From Gemmatimonadales bacterium (GTDB taxonomy: Bacteria > Gemmatimonadota > Gemmatimonadetes > Gemmatimonadales > GWC2-71-9), in contig DASYPP010000109.1 in the NCBI GenBank assembly GCA_036006525.1, forward strand, positions 29,518 through 93,517: DNA of 64,000 nucleotides, given 5' to 3'. The notes under the pieces were generated by a model. That model did no database searches and was not told where the DNA came from. It saw nothing but the letters and a program-made list of their open reading frames with translations. Shown here in pieces: positions 26,528-35,432 of the stretch; position 1 is the first letter of the stretch, and each line of letters begins with the position of its first letter. The translations under genes and the position numbers were made by a program.

Positions 26528-26642
26528 ACCAAACGTTTTCCCGAATCTTGCACGCCGGTGGAACCGCGAGGTTCTGCCGGCGGCTTGTTTCCATGCTTCC
26601 GCCGGTGCACTTTTCCAACCCCCGCCATCCCCTGGAGCAGGC

Positions 26643-27500
26643 GTGACCACGACGATTTTCATTGATGGCAAATGGCACGATCGGTCCACCGCGATGGTCT
26701 CGGTATTCGATCACGGCCTGCTGTACGGCGATGGCGTGTTCGAAGGCATGCGGGCCTACAACGGCAAGGTCTTCAAGCTCCGGGAGCACGTGGCCCGGCT
26801 TTTTGATTCCGCGCATTGCATCGCCCTGACGCCGCCCTTGGCGCAGGAGGAGCTGGTCCAGATCACCGAGGAAGGGGTCCGGAAATCGGGACTCAAAGAC
26901 GCCTACCTGCGGCACATTATCACCCGGGGCGTGGGCGATCTGGGGCTGGATCCCCGCAAGTGCCCCACGCCATCGATGCTGATCATCGTCGACCAGATCA
27001 AGCTGTGGTCACCCGAGCGCTATGAGCAGGGATTGAACGTCGTCACCGCCGCCACACCGATCCCCCAGAAAGAATCGCTCTCTCCCCGGGTCAAGTCCCT
27101 CAACTACCTCTGTCACATCCTCGCCAAGATCGAAGGGACCAACGCCGGCGCCGACGAGGTGCTGATGATGGATTCGAGTGGCACCGTGGTGGAGGCGTCA
27201 GGCATGAACGTGTTTGTGGTGAAGAACCGGGAATTGTTCACCCCCGCGCCCCACGCCGGCATCCTCAAGGGTATCACGCGCGACACCGTGATCGAGCTGG
27301 CCCGCGCCGCGGGCCTGGTGGTGCACGAGACGGTGCTCAACCGCTACGACATCTACACGGCCGACGAGGCATTTCTCACCGGTACCGCCGCCGAGATCGC
27401 CGCGATCCGCCAGCTTGACGGCCGGATGGTGGGCGCCGGACGCCAGGGACCGATAACCCGCGATCTTTCGTTGAAATTCCAGGCCTATGTGAGGGACTAA
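26643..27500 (+). CDS. ilvE: Class IV aminotransferase (branched-chain amino acid aminotransferase type)
   Basis: GTG start at 26643. VFDHGLLYGDGVFEGMRAYNGKVFKLREHVARL...SLNYL...GILKGITR. The TAA stop lies inside the GGACTAA array. Confidence 0.8.
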   Translation: MTTTIFIDGKWHDRSTAMVSVFDHGLLYGDGVFEGMRAYNGKVFKLREHVARLFDSAHCIALTPPLAQEELVQITEEGVRKSGLKDAYLRHIITRGVGDLGLDPRKCPTPSMLIIVDQIKLWSPERYEQGLNVVTAATPIPQKESLSPRVKSLNYLCHILAKIEGTNAGADEVLMMDSSGTVVEASGMNVFVVKNRELFTPAPHAGILKGITRDTVIELARAAGLVVHETVLNRYDIYTADEAFLTGTAAEIAAIRQLDGRMVGAGRQGPITRDLSLKFQAYVRD

Positions 27501-27566
27501 GGACTACGGACTAAGGACTCCAGCAGGCTAGTTCTCAGCACTTAGTCCTTAGTCCTTAGTCTTTAG
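27494..27566. repeat. Inverted pair of heptamer arrays: GGACTAA-type x4, 19-nt spacer, CTTAGTC x3.7
   Basis: ggactaa ggactac ggactaa ggactcc (27494-27521) ... cttagtc cttagtc cttagtc tttag (27541-27566). The ilvE TAA stop (27498-27500) is in unit 1. Confidence 0.95.
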
Positions 27567-27645
27567 ATTCGATCTTGCTGTCACTCTCGATTCAATGCAT
27601 ATTGGCCGCGCCTCCCGAGTTCCCTCAGACTTTGGAGTTCCCTGC

Positions 27646-27885
27646 ATGGCGTGGAGAATGGTTTCCCACGGTGACACCGTGTGGAACGTGATGGTAGCCG
27701 CTGAGCGGACTCCGCAGGCATCGTCCTGGCGCCTGGTTCTCTCCTTCCGCGCCGCCGGGCCCGCACGGGCCGCGTTCTGGACCCCGTACCCGCTCGTGTC
27801 CACCTCGAAAACTGCTCTCTTTGCCCAGGCGGAGCAGATCACCAACGAGAAGTTGACCGCCGTCCTGGCGGACCACCTTCGCTGA
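27646..27885 (+). CDS. Hypothetical 79-aa protein
   Basis: ATG at 27646 with GGAG about 8 nt upstream. MAWRMVSHGDTVWNVMVAAERTPQASSWRLVLSFR... Third codon positions are G/C-rich. No motif recognised. Confidence 0.45.
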   Translation: MAWRMVSHGDTVWNVMVAAERTPQASSWRLVLSFRAAGPARAAFWTPYPLVSTSKTALFAQAEQITNEKLTAVLADHLR

Positions 27886-27898
27886 CCTCCGGGGACTC

Positions 27899-28153
27899 AT
27901 GCCGCACACCTCGTTGCAGGACCTCCGCCGGATGGCGGAATCGATGGCCTTGCTCAAGGGGCGTACCGTCCTTGGTGCCTCGCTGCGGTCCGACTTTCGC
28001 CAGCTGAATCTGGAGTTGTCCGATGGGATGATTCTAGTCGTCGCGCTGGAGGCCGACGAAGCGGGGCGGCCCCGCCTCGAGATCGACGTGGTTCGTCAAC
28101 CCGAAGAAGTCCACCGCCACCAGTTGGAAGTGCGATTCGACGCGGTATCCTGA
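27899..28153 (+). CDS. Hypothetical 84-aa protein
   Basis: Starts 13 nt after the previous ORF. MPHTSLQDLRRMAESMALLKGRTVLG... No motif recognised. Confidence 0.45.
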   Translation: MPHTSLQDLRRMAESMALLKGRTVLGASLRSDFRQLNLELSDGMILVVALEADEAGRPRLEIDVVRQPEEVHRHQLEVRFDAVS

Positions 28154-28156
28154 GCC

Positions 28157-29047
28157 TTACCTGCCCTTCATTACCCCCTCATAAACCAGGCGGGAAATCC
28201 CGCTGACATGGTGCATGGCGTCTTCCCGTTTCTCGAAGCCCCGGGTGAGCACCACCAGGATGACCGGGGCCCCGCGGGACGGAAACACCACGCCCGCGTC
28301 GTGGGCGATCTGGGTGATCTCCCCCGTCTTGTGCGCCACCCGAGTCCCCGGTGGCAATCCCGCCGGAATCCCGTCGTTGAACTCCTGCGCGCTCAGAATG
28401 CGGAGCATCTCGTTGGTGCCGGCAGGTGATGCAGCCCGGCCCCGCACGATCGCTTCCAGCAGCCGCGCCAGATCCCGCGCCGTCGTGGTATTGTTCAATC
28501 CATGGTCGTAGGCCTTGCCATCCTCCACACCGCGGCGGACCTCGATCGAATCGGCGCCCAGGGCGTGCGCCGTGCGATTCACCCGGACCGGGTCCAGCCG
28601 CTCGATCAGGATATTGGTCGCCAGGTTGCTGCTGCGCTCGATCATCCGCTCCGCCAGGTAGCGGACCGTCGCCCCGGATCCGACTAACCCGTACACCGAG
28701 GAGTCGGAGTCGACCGCCGGGTCCAGCGTGAACGGCGAGCCATCGACGATCGAGACAAACTGGTTCTTCACCGGGAGCGAGTCGGTCCAGCTTAGCTCAC
28801 CGCCGTCGATCCGCCGGGCCAGCTCGATCAACACCGGCACCTTCATGGTGCTGGCCGCATGGAATCTGAGGTCCGGAGAGAGCATCAGGGTGTCGCTGCT
28901 GCCCAGGTCCCAGGCGACAACCGCGATGGTTCCTCCACTCCCGGCGATCAATTGGCGGATCTCCCCGTCCGGGATCCCCCGGTCCTGCGCAGCCGCGGGC
29001 CGGGCTACCAAGCCCAGTCCCAGGGCTACAAGGCATAAGATTCGCAT
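28157..29047 (-). CDS. Class A beta-lactamase-like serine hydrolase (secreted)
   Basis: I moved the start to the ATG at 29047 (MRILCLVALGLGLVARPAAAQ signal). SxxK motif ASTMK, then SSN, then HKTG (KTG box). Confidence 0.75.
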   Translation of the reverse strand: MRILCLVALGLGLVARPAAAQDRGIPDGEIRQLIAGSGGTIAVVAWDLGSSDTLMLSPDLRFHAASTMKVPVLIELARRIDGGELSWTDSLPVKNQFVSIVDGSPFTLDPAVDSDSSVYGLVGSGATVRYLAERMIERSSNLATNILIERLDPVRVNRTAHALGADSIEVRRGVEDGKAYDHGLNNTTTARDLARLLEAIVRGRAASPAGTNEMLRILSAQEFNDGIPAGLPPGTRVAHKTGEITQIAHDAGVVFPSRGAPVILVVLTRGFEKREDAMHHVSGISRLVYEGVMKGR

Positions 29048-29096
29048 GAATGCCCCGGTTACCTTTCCCTCACGTTTTCCGAGCTGAGAATCGGCA

Positions 29097-29513
29097 ATGC
29101 CGAATTCCAAAGTGCCTGACCGACTGCGATTCACCGACTTCTTGCTGGACCGGTTGGCGAATGGCCGCTGCCGGGCCCGGGTTGTCCTGACCTGGATCGA
29201 CGACGTGGAGTACGTGGGAGAATCCGAGGGCCTGGCCTCCCAGGCGGGTGAGCTGCGGTGCGCCGCCCAGGCCACCGTTGAATGCCTGGTGAAAGCCGTC
29301 GGCAATAGCGTGCGATTCGAGCTCTTCGGCGTCAAGGCGGTCCGTGCGTTCGACTCCACCGTGGTGATCGTCTCGCTGGCACTGAGCGGCGAGGCCGGAG
29401 CCCACCGCCTGGTCGGGTGTTGCCTCACTGAAATCGACGCCTCTCGCGGCGCCGCGCTGGCCGTCCTGAACGCGACGAACCGAGTCCTCGGGAATCGGTT
29501 CTTCATGCGCTGA
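29097..29513 (+). CDS. Hypothetical 138-aa protein
   Basis: Coding-like codon bias. Two internally similar halves (VGESEGLASQAGELRCAAQATVECL and VGCCLTEIDASRGAALAVLNATNRVL). No family recognised. Confidence 0.5.
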   Translation: MPNSKVPDRLRFTDFLLDRLANGRCRARVVLTWIDDVEYVGESEGLASQAGELRCAAQATVECLVKAVGNSVRFELFGVKAVRAFDSTVVIVSLALSGEAGAHRLVGCCLTEIDASRGAALAVLNATNRVLGNRFFMR

Positions 29514-29879
29514 AACATAGTTCGAGTCGCAACGGTACGGCTGGGTGAGGCATCTCAGATTCGTGCCGCGCAGTTCTCGAAAAACGCCAATCCGCCGTCA
29601 ATCTGCGGCAGAACAATTTCCCTTGGAAAACAGCCAGAGTCCCCAACCCGGTACCCCGGGCGTATCCGAAGTTTGACCGAAGCCGTTCTCCAGCCGGGAA
29701 GCTTGAGCTATAATGCGATGACTCTTGAAGTTGCGACAAAACCGCCGGGGTCGCGCCGGTCGCCTGGGCGACTTGGGCCCGGTTGGTGCGAGCTTGGATC
29801 CGGAGAAACTGCTCAGGTTCATTACCGTCCGGTTGCCGCAAGGAGTCTGGTGTGGCCTGGTGAAAAGAGGAGTCCAGTC

Positions 29880-31625
29880 ATGCAGCGATGGTTCTTGTTT
29901 GCAATGGCATCCGTCCTTACAGCGTGCGCCGGCCGGTCCCATCCGGTAGCCACTGCGCCGCGGGATTCGGTCAGGACAGCTCGTGAAGCCGGCTCGACCG
30001 TGGCCGCCGCCGCGGCGGTCCCAAGCACCGCCCCCGATTCAGTCCGGCCTCCTCCACCCGATTCACTACTGCCCGTTGCTGAAGTAGCCGCCGAGCTTCG
30101 CTCCGCGGTCGATTCCGCCGCCGATGCGGAAGTCCTGGAGCAACTGGATAGCGCGACCGCCGCGGGAGATGATTCCGGCGAGGTTTCGACCGGGGGTACC
30201 AATGCGGTAGAGGCGGTAACCTGGGACATCGATGTCGCTACCTTCACGAACCACGATCGAGTCCAATACTTCCTGAACTTCTTCCAGGGGCCCGCGCGGG
30301 AGCGTTTTACCGTCTGGCTCTCCCGGATGCCCCGCTATGAGAGCCTGATCCGCCAGTCTCTCGCCGAGCAGGGGCTGCCCGGCGATCTGATTTACCTGGC
30401 GTTGATTGAAAGCGGGTTTTCCAATACCGCGGTGAGCCGCGCCCGGGCCACCGGGATGTGGCAGTTCATGCGGGGGACGGCGCGGATGTACGGTCTCCGG
30501 GTGGATTCGTGGGTGGACGAGCGGCGCGACCCCTATCGCGCGACCTGGGCCGCAGTCCGCCACCTTCGCGACCTGCGAGACCGGTTCGGGTCCGTCTACC
30601 TCGCCGCTGCCGCATACAACGCGGGAGGCGGAAAAGTCAGCCGCGGTCTTTCCCGGCTGCCCGAGGAAGAAGATGACAGCCTGAACTCCGACGCGACCTT
30701 TTTCCGCCTGGCCGATACCCGGCACCTGCGCCAGGAAACCCGCGACTACGTGCCCAAGCTGATCGCCGCGGCGCTCATTGCCAAGGAGCCGGGGCGCTAC
30801 GGATTCCCTTCGTTCGGTGACAGCATCCATGTCGAGCCCCTTACCTGGGACTCGTTGCTGGTTCCCGACGCCACCGGGCTCGACGTCGTAGCCCGGCTGG
30901 CCGACACGACAGTGACCTTCATTCGTGAGTTGAACCCGATGTATCTCCGGCTGGCGACCCCGCCGGGGAGCCGCAGTATCATCCGGATTCCAGCCGGCAG
31001 CGGCGACAAGGTGCGCGCGGCCTACGCCGTACTGCCTCCGGGCAAACGGGTGTCCTTCCGGGAGCATTTCGTAACCCGGGGTGAAACCCTGGGGCACATC
31101 GCCCAGCGCTATCACATGAGCGTCAGCGAACTTCGGGAGGCGAACCCGCGGATCAGCACCAAGCTCCGTATCGGCCAGCGCCTGATCATACCGACCAGCG
31201 GCGTCGTCGTCGCCCGGGAGGCGGCCGCGGCCGAGGACCGCCGGGCCGAGATTCATCGCTCGGTCACCAGCACGCACACGGTACGGTCGGGAGAAACCCT
31301 GTCCGAAATTGCCGAGCATTATCATCTGTCGGTGACCCAGCTGAAGTCACTGAACGGGCTGCGCAGTAACACCATCCGGGCGGGCCAGCGGCTGCGGGTT
31401 CGTGCTTCATCCGCCGCGCCGTCCACTACCTCGAACCGGGTGGCCACTACCAGCACTACCAGGAGCAGCACGAGCACCAGCGGCTATCACGTGGTGCGCC
31501 CTGGCGACACCATCTCCGGTGTGGCGGCGCGTTACGGGGTCACCCAGGCGGCACTCCGCACCGCCAATGGACTGGGGAGCAGCTCCGTCATTAAGGCCGG
31601 CACTCGACTCAAAATTCCCGGATAG
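29880..31625 (+). CDS. Membrane-bound lytic murein transglycosylase (MltD-like) with three LysM domains
   Basis: I moved the start to the ATG at 29880 (MQRWFLFAMASVLTAC lipobox, AAGAGGA Shine-Dalgarno). SLT core LIESGFSNTAVSRARATGMWQFM. Three LysM repeats (HFVTRGETLGHIAQRY.., HTVRSGETLSEIAEHY.., YHVVRPGDTISGVAARY..). Confidence 0.85.
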   Translation: MQRWFLFAMASVLTACAGRSHPVATAPRDSVRTAREAGSTVAAAAAVPSTAPDSVRPPPPDSLLPVAEVAAELRSAVDSAADAEVLEQLDSATAAGDDSGEVSTGGTNAVEAVTWDIDVATFTNHDRVQYFLNFFQGPARERFTVWLSRMPRYESLIRQSLAEQGLPGDLIYLALIESGFSNTAVSRARATGMWQFMRGTARMYGLRVDSWVDERRDPYRATWAAVRHLRDLRDRFGSVYLAAAAYNAGGGKVSRGLSRLPEEEDDSLNSDATFFRLADTRHLRQETRDYVPKLIAAALIAKEPGRYGFPSFGDSIHVEPLTWDSLLVPDATGLDVVARLADTTVTFIRELNPMYLRLATPPGSRSIIRIPAGSGDKVRAAYAVLPPGKRVSFREHFVTRGETLGHIAQRYHMSVSELREANPRISTKLRIGQRLIIPTSGVVVAREAAAAEDRRAEIHRSVTSTHTVRSGETLSEIAEHYHLSVTQLKSLNGLRSNTIRAGQRLRVRASSAAPSTTSNRVATTSTTRSSTSTSGYHVVRPGDTISGVAARYGVTQAALRTANGLGSSSVIKAGTRLKIPG

Positions 31626-31640
31626 GGGTTTCCCCGCCCG

Positions 31641-31679
31641 AAAAAAAAGCGCCGCCCACCGGGCGGCGCTTCTGTTTTG
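31641..31679. terminator. Bidirectional intrinsic terminator between the two convergent lytic transglycosylase genes
   Basis: aaaaaaaa gcgccgccc acc gggcggcgc ttctgtttt. A 9-10 bp GC stem flanked by an A-run and a T-run. Confidence 0.85.
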
Positions 31680-31700
31680 ATCGGCTTCAAGTGGCTCCAG

Positions 31701-32393
31701 CTACTCCACGGTTGGACGTGCCGGATTGGTCCGGTACCCCTTGAGCACCGCGTGTTCGTAGCCGTTGGTAGGGTCGCCACCGGTGGCGACGATCTGGTCC
31801 ACGATGCCGGGACCCCGGTTGTAGGCCAGCAGCGCGAGTTCCAGGGTATCGTAGCGGCGCAGCAGGTCCTTCAGGTATCGGAAGCCAAGGCGAAGATTGG
31901 TTTCCTGTTCGAACAGCTTCTCCACCGTGATGGCGGGAGCGTAAAATCTCGCGGTCGCGGGCTGGATCTGGGTATATCCGATCGCGTCCTTATTGCTCCG
32001 GGCCCGCAGCACGAAGTTGCTTTCCACCTTCACCAGGCGGAATCCAAGGGAGGGGTCGATGCCCTCACTCAAGGCGATGTCATAGATCGATGCGGCCAGG
32101 TCAGCCGGGACCTTGTAACGCCGCGAGTACTCCATGATCGCGTTGGCCCGATCGACCTGGAGCCGGGCCACGGCCAGCTCACCCCGGGCCGATTCCAGCT
32201 GGGTCCGGAGGTCCGACAATTCCCGTGACGCGACTTCCGCGCTTACCGGCATCGCTTTGTCTGCCGCGCGCGCGCCCCCAATGGAGCCACCCAATCCACT
32301 CACCAGCAGGGCTGCGGCGACAACCAATAACCCCCGGGCCAGTAATCCCCTGGCTCCGAGCGGTCGCTTCGCCTCACTCGTCGGTTCGTGCAT
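31701..32393 (-). CDS. SLT-domain lytic transglycosylase
   Basis: VKVESNFVLRARSNKDAIGYTQIQPATA...LLAYNRGPG. N-terminal TM/signal segment plus a coiled segment. Confidence 0.8.
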   Translation of the reverse strand: MHEPTSEAKRPLGARGLLARGLLVVAAALLVSGLGGSIGGARAADKAMPVSAEVASRELSDLRTQLESARGELAVARLQVDRANAIMEYSRRYKVPADLAASIYDIALSEGIDPSLGFRLVKVESNFVLRARSNKDAIGYTQIQPATARFYAPAITVEKLFEQETNLRLGFRYLKDLLRRYDTLELALLAYNRGPGIVDQIVATGGDPTNGYEHAVLKGYRTNPARPTVE

Positions 32394-32426
32394 GGATCTC
32401 CCCCTGTTGTATTCGAGAAACCGGGT

Positions 32427-32906
32427 TCACTCTCCTGCGCGGCGCCAGTCTCCGCGGGTCCCGCCGGTCTTGCTCATCAGGCGCACTGCATCAATCACCA
32501 TTTCCCGATCTACCGCTTTGACCATGTCGTACACGGTCAGGCAGGCCACCGTGACCGCGGTAAGTGCCTCCATCTCCACGCCCGTCCGGCCCACGACCTT
32601 TGCCGTGGCCGCCACCCGGACCCCGGGTAGTTCCGGGTCGAGATCCAGCCGGACCTCAATTGCCTCGAGCCCGAGCGGATGACACAAGGGAATTAACTCC
32701 CCGGTCCGCTTTGCCGCTGTGATCCCGGCAACCTGCGCGACCGCCAGTACATCACCCTTGGCCACCGACTGGGCCTGGACCTCTTCGAAGGCCGCCCGGG
32801 ACATCCGCACCATTCCTTCAGCGGTAGCGGTCCGCGTGGCCATCGGCTTGTCGCTGACATCGACCATGCGGGCCCGGCCGGTATCATTCAGGTGCGAAAG
32901 GCTCAC
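32427..32906 (-). CDS. moaC: Cyclic pyranopterin monophosphate synthase
   Basis: MVDVSDKP...GDVLAVAQVAGITAAKRTGELIPLCHPL...TGVEMEALTAV. I chose the GTG at 32906, which forms a GTGA overlap with the holB stop. The track ORF extends further upstream. Confidence 0.85.
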   Translation of the reverse strand: MSLSHLNDTGRARMVDVSDKPMATRTATAEGMVRMSRAAFEEVQAQSVAKGDVLAVAQVAGITAAKRTGELIPLCHPLGLEAIEVRLDLDPELPGVRVAATAKVVGRTGVEMEALTAVTVACLTVYDMVKAVDREMVIDAVRLMSKTGGTRGDWRRAGE

Positions 32907-33964
32907 AGGGTCTCCGCCAGATCCTGACCGAGGACCGCCAACAACAACTGCGGGTTCACGTTGCCCTGGGCCATTTCCCGGGCTTCTCCCACCCGGTCCA
33001 GCGCCGCCAGCAATCGGCGGGGTGGCACCGAGGTCAGCCGCGAGCCGGCTCTGGGGCCCCGGAGGGCCTCCGCCAGCATTTCCGCCATCGCGTCCAGGGC
33101 GGCGGTGAAGTCTCCACGGGCCGAGAACGTGGTCTGCTTGAGCGCCAATTCCCACAACCCCGGCGACTTCGCCCGGGCCGATTCCAGCAGCGCCGCCGCG
33201 AGGGCGGACCCCTTTTCCGCGCTGGCCGGGTCGGTCACCGCCCGTCCGATGGAGCCCTGGGCCTGCGCCAGCATGGCATCCAAGTCCCCCGAGGCCTCTC
33301 CGCCGTGCGAACCCAGGAAGCCGCGCACTTGTTCGTCCCTCAGGGTTCCCAGCCGCATTGCCACCGCGCGGGACCGGATAGTTGGCAGCACCGACTCCGG
33401 GTCTTCCGCCGTCAGGACGAAATAGGTCCCAGGGGCCGGCTCTTCCAACAGCTTGAGCAGGGCATTGGCTGCCTCCGGGCTCGACTCCTGGGGAACTAGG
33501 CGATCGGCATACCCGATCAGGAAAACCCGGATATTGCCCTCCACTGGTCGCAGCGCGGCCCGGCGGATGATCAACCGGGCCGTGGCGACAAAGTGCCCTG
33601 CGAGACCTTCCGGCGGACCGTACAAGGGCTGTTTCCGCCGCTCCTCGAGAACCTCACCGAGCAGGTCTTCAACCTCCTCGACCTGCTTATCCGGCTCCGC
33701 CGTCTTGGGGCGCGGCACTGGCATCAGCCAATGCACATCCGGATGGCCCAAGCCCAGAACCAAGCGACAGGGCCGGCAGGACCCGCACGGCTCACCTGGA
33801 GGTCCCTCGCAGAGAAGCCGTTGGGCCAACCAGAGTCCCATCCGCTGCTTGCCCACTCCCTGTGGACCCGTCAGCAAGAGGAGCTGAGGGAGGCTGCCGC
33901 GACGAACGGCAGTGGAAAACTGATCTCTCAGAACCTCATGCCCGACCAAGGGGAGCAGCGGCAT
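32903..33964 (-). CDS. holB: DNA polymerase III delta' subunit
   Basis: LLLTGPQGVGKQRMGLWLAQRLLCEGPPGEPCGSCRPCRLV, HPDVHWL, TIRSR. Confidence 0.8.
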   Translation of the reverse strand: MPLLPLVGHEVLRDQFSTAVRRGSLPQLLLLTGPQGVGKQRMGLWLAQRLLCEGPPGEPCGSCRPCRLVLGLGHPDVHWLMPVPRPKTAEPDKQVEEVEDLLGEVLEERRKQPLYGPPEGLAGHFVATARLIIRRAALRPVEGNIRVFLIGYADRLVPQESSPEAANALLKLLEEPAPGTYFVLTAEDPESVLPTIRSRAVAMRLGTLRDEQVRGFLGSHGGEASGDLDAMLAQAQGSIGRAVTDPASAEKGSALAAALLESARAKSPGLWELALKQTTFSARGDFTAALDAMAEMLAEALRGPRAGSRLTSVPPRRLLAALDRVGEAREMAQGNVNPQLLLAVLGQDLAETL

Positions 33965-34357
33965 GTAACGAAGGTAAGCAGGGGGGCGGGAAACGGTAGC
34001 CGGAATGATGTAACATCTTTTTCAACAAGAGCTTACGCGGTTCAGGCATGCGCCAAATTGACGCGAAAATGGGGGAAAAGTCCCCAATTTCGTGTTGCGA
34101 GTACCCACTATCCTATTTTTGACGTGAGTGCATGCTCATTTGCTTTGCAACTGATTGTTAATGGAGCAGTTACAGGCTTGTGATTTCTCTCACTTGCTTG
34201 GGCTAAGTTGTCGTCGCGCTGCCATTCCAGCCGCCCCCGAATTGTGCGATGTCACGACACTAGTCCCATGGTGACAGCACCAAAAACTGACGAGATTCAT
34301 GCCGTTGCTCGTCCTCGCGGCATTGGTTAGGATTGACCCCGCTTGTCGCCAGGCCTT

Positions 34358-34430
34358 TCCCGAGTAGCTCAGTTGGTAGAGCAGGTGACTGTTAATCACC
34401 GGGTCGGGGGTTCGAGTCCCTCCTCGGGAG
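34358..34430 (+). tRNA. tRNA-Asn (anticodon GUU)
   Basis: Acceptor TCCCGAG/CTCGGGA, anticodon stem GGTGA/TCACC with loop CTGTTAA, T arm GGGGG TTCGAGT CCCTC, discriminator G. Confidence 0.9.
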
Positions 34431-34460
34431 CTCCAGTAGATCGAAGAGTTCGCGTCTCAA

Positions 34461-34498
34461 CGGGTCAGCCTTTGCCGGCTGGCCCTTTTTCATTTTGC
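34461..34498 (+). terminator. Intrinsic terminator downstream of tRNA-Asn
   Basis: cgggtcagcc tttgcc ggctggccc tttttcatttt. A 9-bp stem (one G-U pair) plus a T-run. Confidence 0.75.
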
Positions 34499-34513
34499 TG
34501 TCCCCAAGGGGCC

Positions 34514-34572
34514 TTGACGGTTGTCAGAGGGAGCTGTATATAACATATTAGTTATGCAACCTATAAGTTATA
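34514..34572 (+). promoter_or_regulatory. Sigma70-like promoter (TTGACG-17-TATATA) with AT-rich inverted repeats, giving a near-leaderless arsR transcript
   Basis: ttgacg at 34514-34519, tatata at 34537-34542, ATG at 34554, and no Shine-Dalgarno. Candidate operators: ATAAC-N6-GTTAT (34540-34555) and TATAAgTTATA (34562-34572). Confidence 0.5.
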
Positions 34573-34922
34573 AACAGGCCGATCGGCTCGACGCGACGTT
34601 TGCGGCGCTGGCCGATCCAACCCGGCGGGCGATTCTGGCACGACTCGCGTCGGGCCAGGCGTCGGTGAGCGAATTGGCCAAGCCGTTCGCGATGAGCCAA
34701 CCGGCAATCTCAAAGCACCTCAAGGTGCTGGAGCGGGCCGGGCTGGTCTCGCGCGGGGTAGACGCCCAGCGCCGGCCCCGCCGGCTGGAAGCCAAGCCGC
34801 TGGCGGAAGTCACCCAGTGGCTGGAGCGCTACCGTGAGTTCTGGGAGGAGAATTACCAGCGCCTCGACGCGGTTCTCGAGGAGATGAAGACCATGCAGAA
34901 GAAGCATCCACCCACGAAATGA
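34554..34922 (+). CDS. ArsR/SmtB-family transcriptional regulator
   Basis: FAALADPTRRAILARLASGQASVSELAKPFAMSQPAISKHLKVLERAGLV. I prefer the ATG at 34554. Confidence 0.85.
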   Translation: MQPISYKQADRLDATFAALADPTRRAILARLASGQASVSELAKPFAMSQPAISKHLKVLERAGLVSRGVDAQRRPRRLEAKPLAEVTQWLERYREFWEENYQRLDAVLEEMKTMQKKHPPTK

Positions 34923-34935
34923 CCGGAGATCTTCG

Positions 34936-35430
34936 ATGAGCAGCGGAACCCTAAGAGTCACCACGCCCAGTGATCGAGAAATCGCGATGACCCGCGTCTT
35001 CGACGCGCCGCGCACCATGGTCTGGGACGCCTGGACCAAACCCGAGCTGCTGCAGCGCTGGCTCGGCCTCCAGAACGGCTGGACCTTCCCGGTCTGCGAA
35101 GTCGACCTGCGCGTCGGCGGCGAGTACCGCTACGTCTGGCGCAGCGCGGCGGGGCAGGAGATGGGGATGCGCGGCGTTTTCCGCGAGATCACGCCGCCGA
35201 GCCGGCTCGTGAGCGCCGAGCGGTTCGATGACCCGTGGTATGAAGGGGAGGGCATCTCGACGGTCACGCTGGAAGAGCGCGCAGGGAAAACCATGCTCAT
35301 CATGACGCTCCGCTACGACTCGAAGGAGATCCGCGACAGCGTGCTCAAGTCGCCGATGGAATCGGGCGTCGCGATCAGCTTCGACCAACTCGACCGGCTG
35401 CTGTCCACGCCGGCACACAAGGGAGCCTGA
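34936..35430 (+). CDS. SRPBCC/AHSA1-family protein (Activator of Hsp90 ATPase homolog-like)
   Basis: EIAMTRVFDAPRTMVWDAWTKPELLQRWLG. This is the typical partner of ArsR regulators. Confidence 0.8.
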   Translation: MSSGTLRVTTPSDREIAMTRVFDAPRTMVWDAWTKPELLQRWLGLQNGWTFPVCEVDLRVGGEYRYVWRSAAGQEMGMRGVFREITPPSRLVSAERFDDPWYEGEGISTVTLEERAGKTMLIMTLRYDSKEIRDSVLKSPMESGVAISFDQLDRLLSTPAHKGA

Positions 35431-35432
35431 CA

